Shown here: positions 32,972 to 33,727 of the stretch, piece after piece
Position numbering within the stretch: position 1 is the stretch's first letter
Layout of the letters: each line of letters starts with the position of its first letter
From: Octopus sinensis
Lineage: Eukaryota
Direction of reading: 5' to 3'
Length of the DNA: 33,727 nucleotides
Assembly: GCF_006345805.1 (NCBI RefSeq)
Contig: NW_021832067.1
Span: 1 to 33,727, forward strand
The notes under the pieces: model-generated
Told to the model about the DNA's origin: nothing
The model's input: the letters and a program-made list of their open reading frames with translations, nothing else
Databases searched by the model: none
Program-made: the position numbers and the translations under genes

Positions 32972-33206
32972 TGTAAATGTAATATGTGACAATTATTCGG
33001 TAGCCATGATGTAGCTCCGAGTTTCGGATGCTGAGGTGGAAATCCACGCCACCATCTCTTCAGTTATCCGGCCATCGGAAAAATGCTATGAAAAATGGCC
33101 GATGGCCAGTTAACTGAAGAGATGGCGGCGTGGATTTCCACCTCGACATCCGAAACTCGGAGTTTTATCATGGCTACCGAAATTATTGTCACATATTACA
33201 TTTACA
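32972..33206. mobile_element. Hairpin MITE / foldback element, 235 bp
   Basis: Arms 32972-33066 and 33111-33206 (~8 differences), plus inner GGCCATCGG/CCGATGGCC pairing. Confidence 0.85.
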
Positions 33207-33347
33207 GATAAATTCCTCTATTTACATAATATCGAGGTCTCTTTCATTTTCTCGTTGTCTTTGTCTTACCATTTTTATCAATATATATATATATATATAT
33301 AAAAGAAATATTGAATTTCTAAAGAGGCATGTACGGTGGTGGGGCGA

Positions 33348-33682
33348 TAGAATGGTTGTATACTGTCAATCTAACAAGAACGTGACAGTAGGGGGTACAC
33401 CACCGTTGTATAGCCCTAGGAGGCATCGAACGCCTCCTGACTACTACTCTAGGCCGGTGTCTACTACTCTAGGCCGATGAAGGACAATGATCCTGGAACA
33501 CGGTGTCCCTAGATGCAGTTCCGACTGCCGGGGGTGTTTGTCTCCCCTTGTTTATGTATATAAGGACACAGGAAAAAATGTGTCGAGCTGTCAGAGGCGT
33601 TCGATGCCTCCTAGGGCTATACAACGGTGGTGTACCCCCTACTGTCCCGTTCTTGTTAGATGACAGTATACAACCATTTCTA
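33348..33682. mobile_element. MITE with ~94-bp TIRs and TA flanks
   Basis: Arms 33348-33441 and 33590-33682 differ by 1 substitution and 3 single-base indels; spacer holds CTACTACTCTAGGCCG twice. Confidence 0.88.
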
Positions 33683-33727
33683 TATATATATATATATTCT
33701 GTAGTGTGTGTGTGTCAATTTAATATA

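Overview
AT-rich, repeat-saturated eukaryotic non-coding DNA with no host protein-coding exon I can support. The SINE families and (TA/CA/GATA/AAT)n load point to an octopus or other coleoid cephalopod (inferred from memory of octopus repeats, not a database hit). It holds >25 tRNA-derived SINE copies in four families, labelled here only as A, B, D and E. It also holds a full-length but dead mariner (D,D34D), a second mariner scrap, CR1, CR1-group, RTE and Penelope relics, several MITE/hairpin elements (one carrying TTAGGG repeats) and a 35-bp minisatellite. Nearly all ORFs in the supplied track are microsatellite or antisense-SINE artefacts. The best leads are: (1) family-A SINE multimers with one head and 2-3 bodies inside a single ~16-bp TSD; (2) a LINE 3' end sharing a tail with family-B SINEs, including a compensatorily changed hairpin; (3) several minimal hammerhead-ribozyme-like motifs of Penelope type, one inside a tRNA-headed element.
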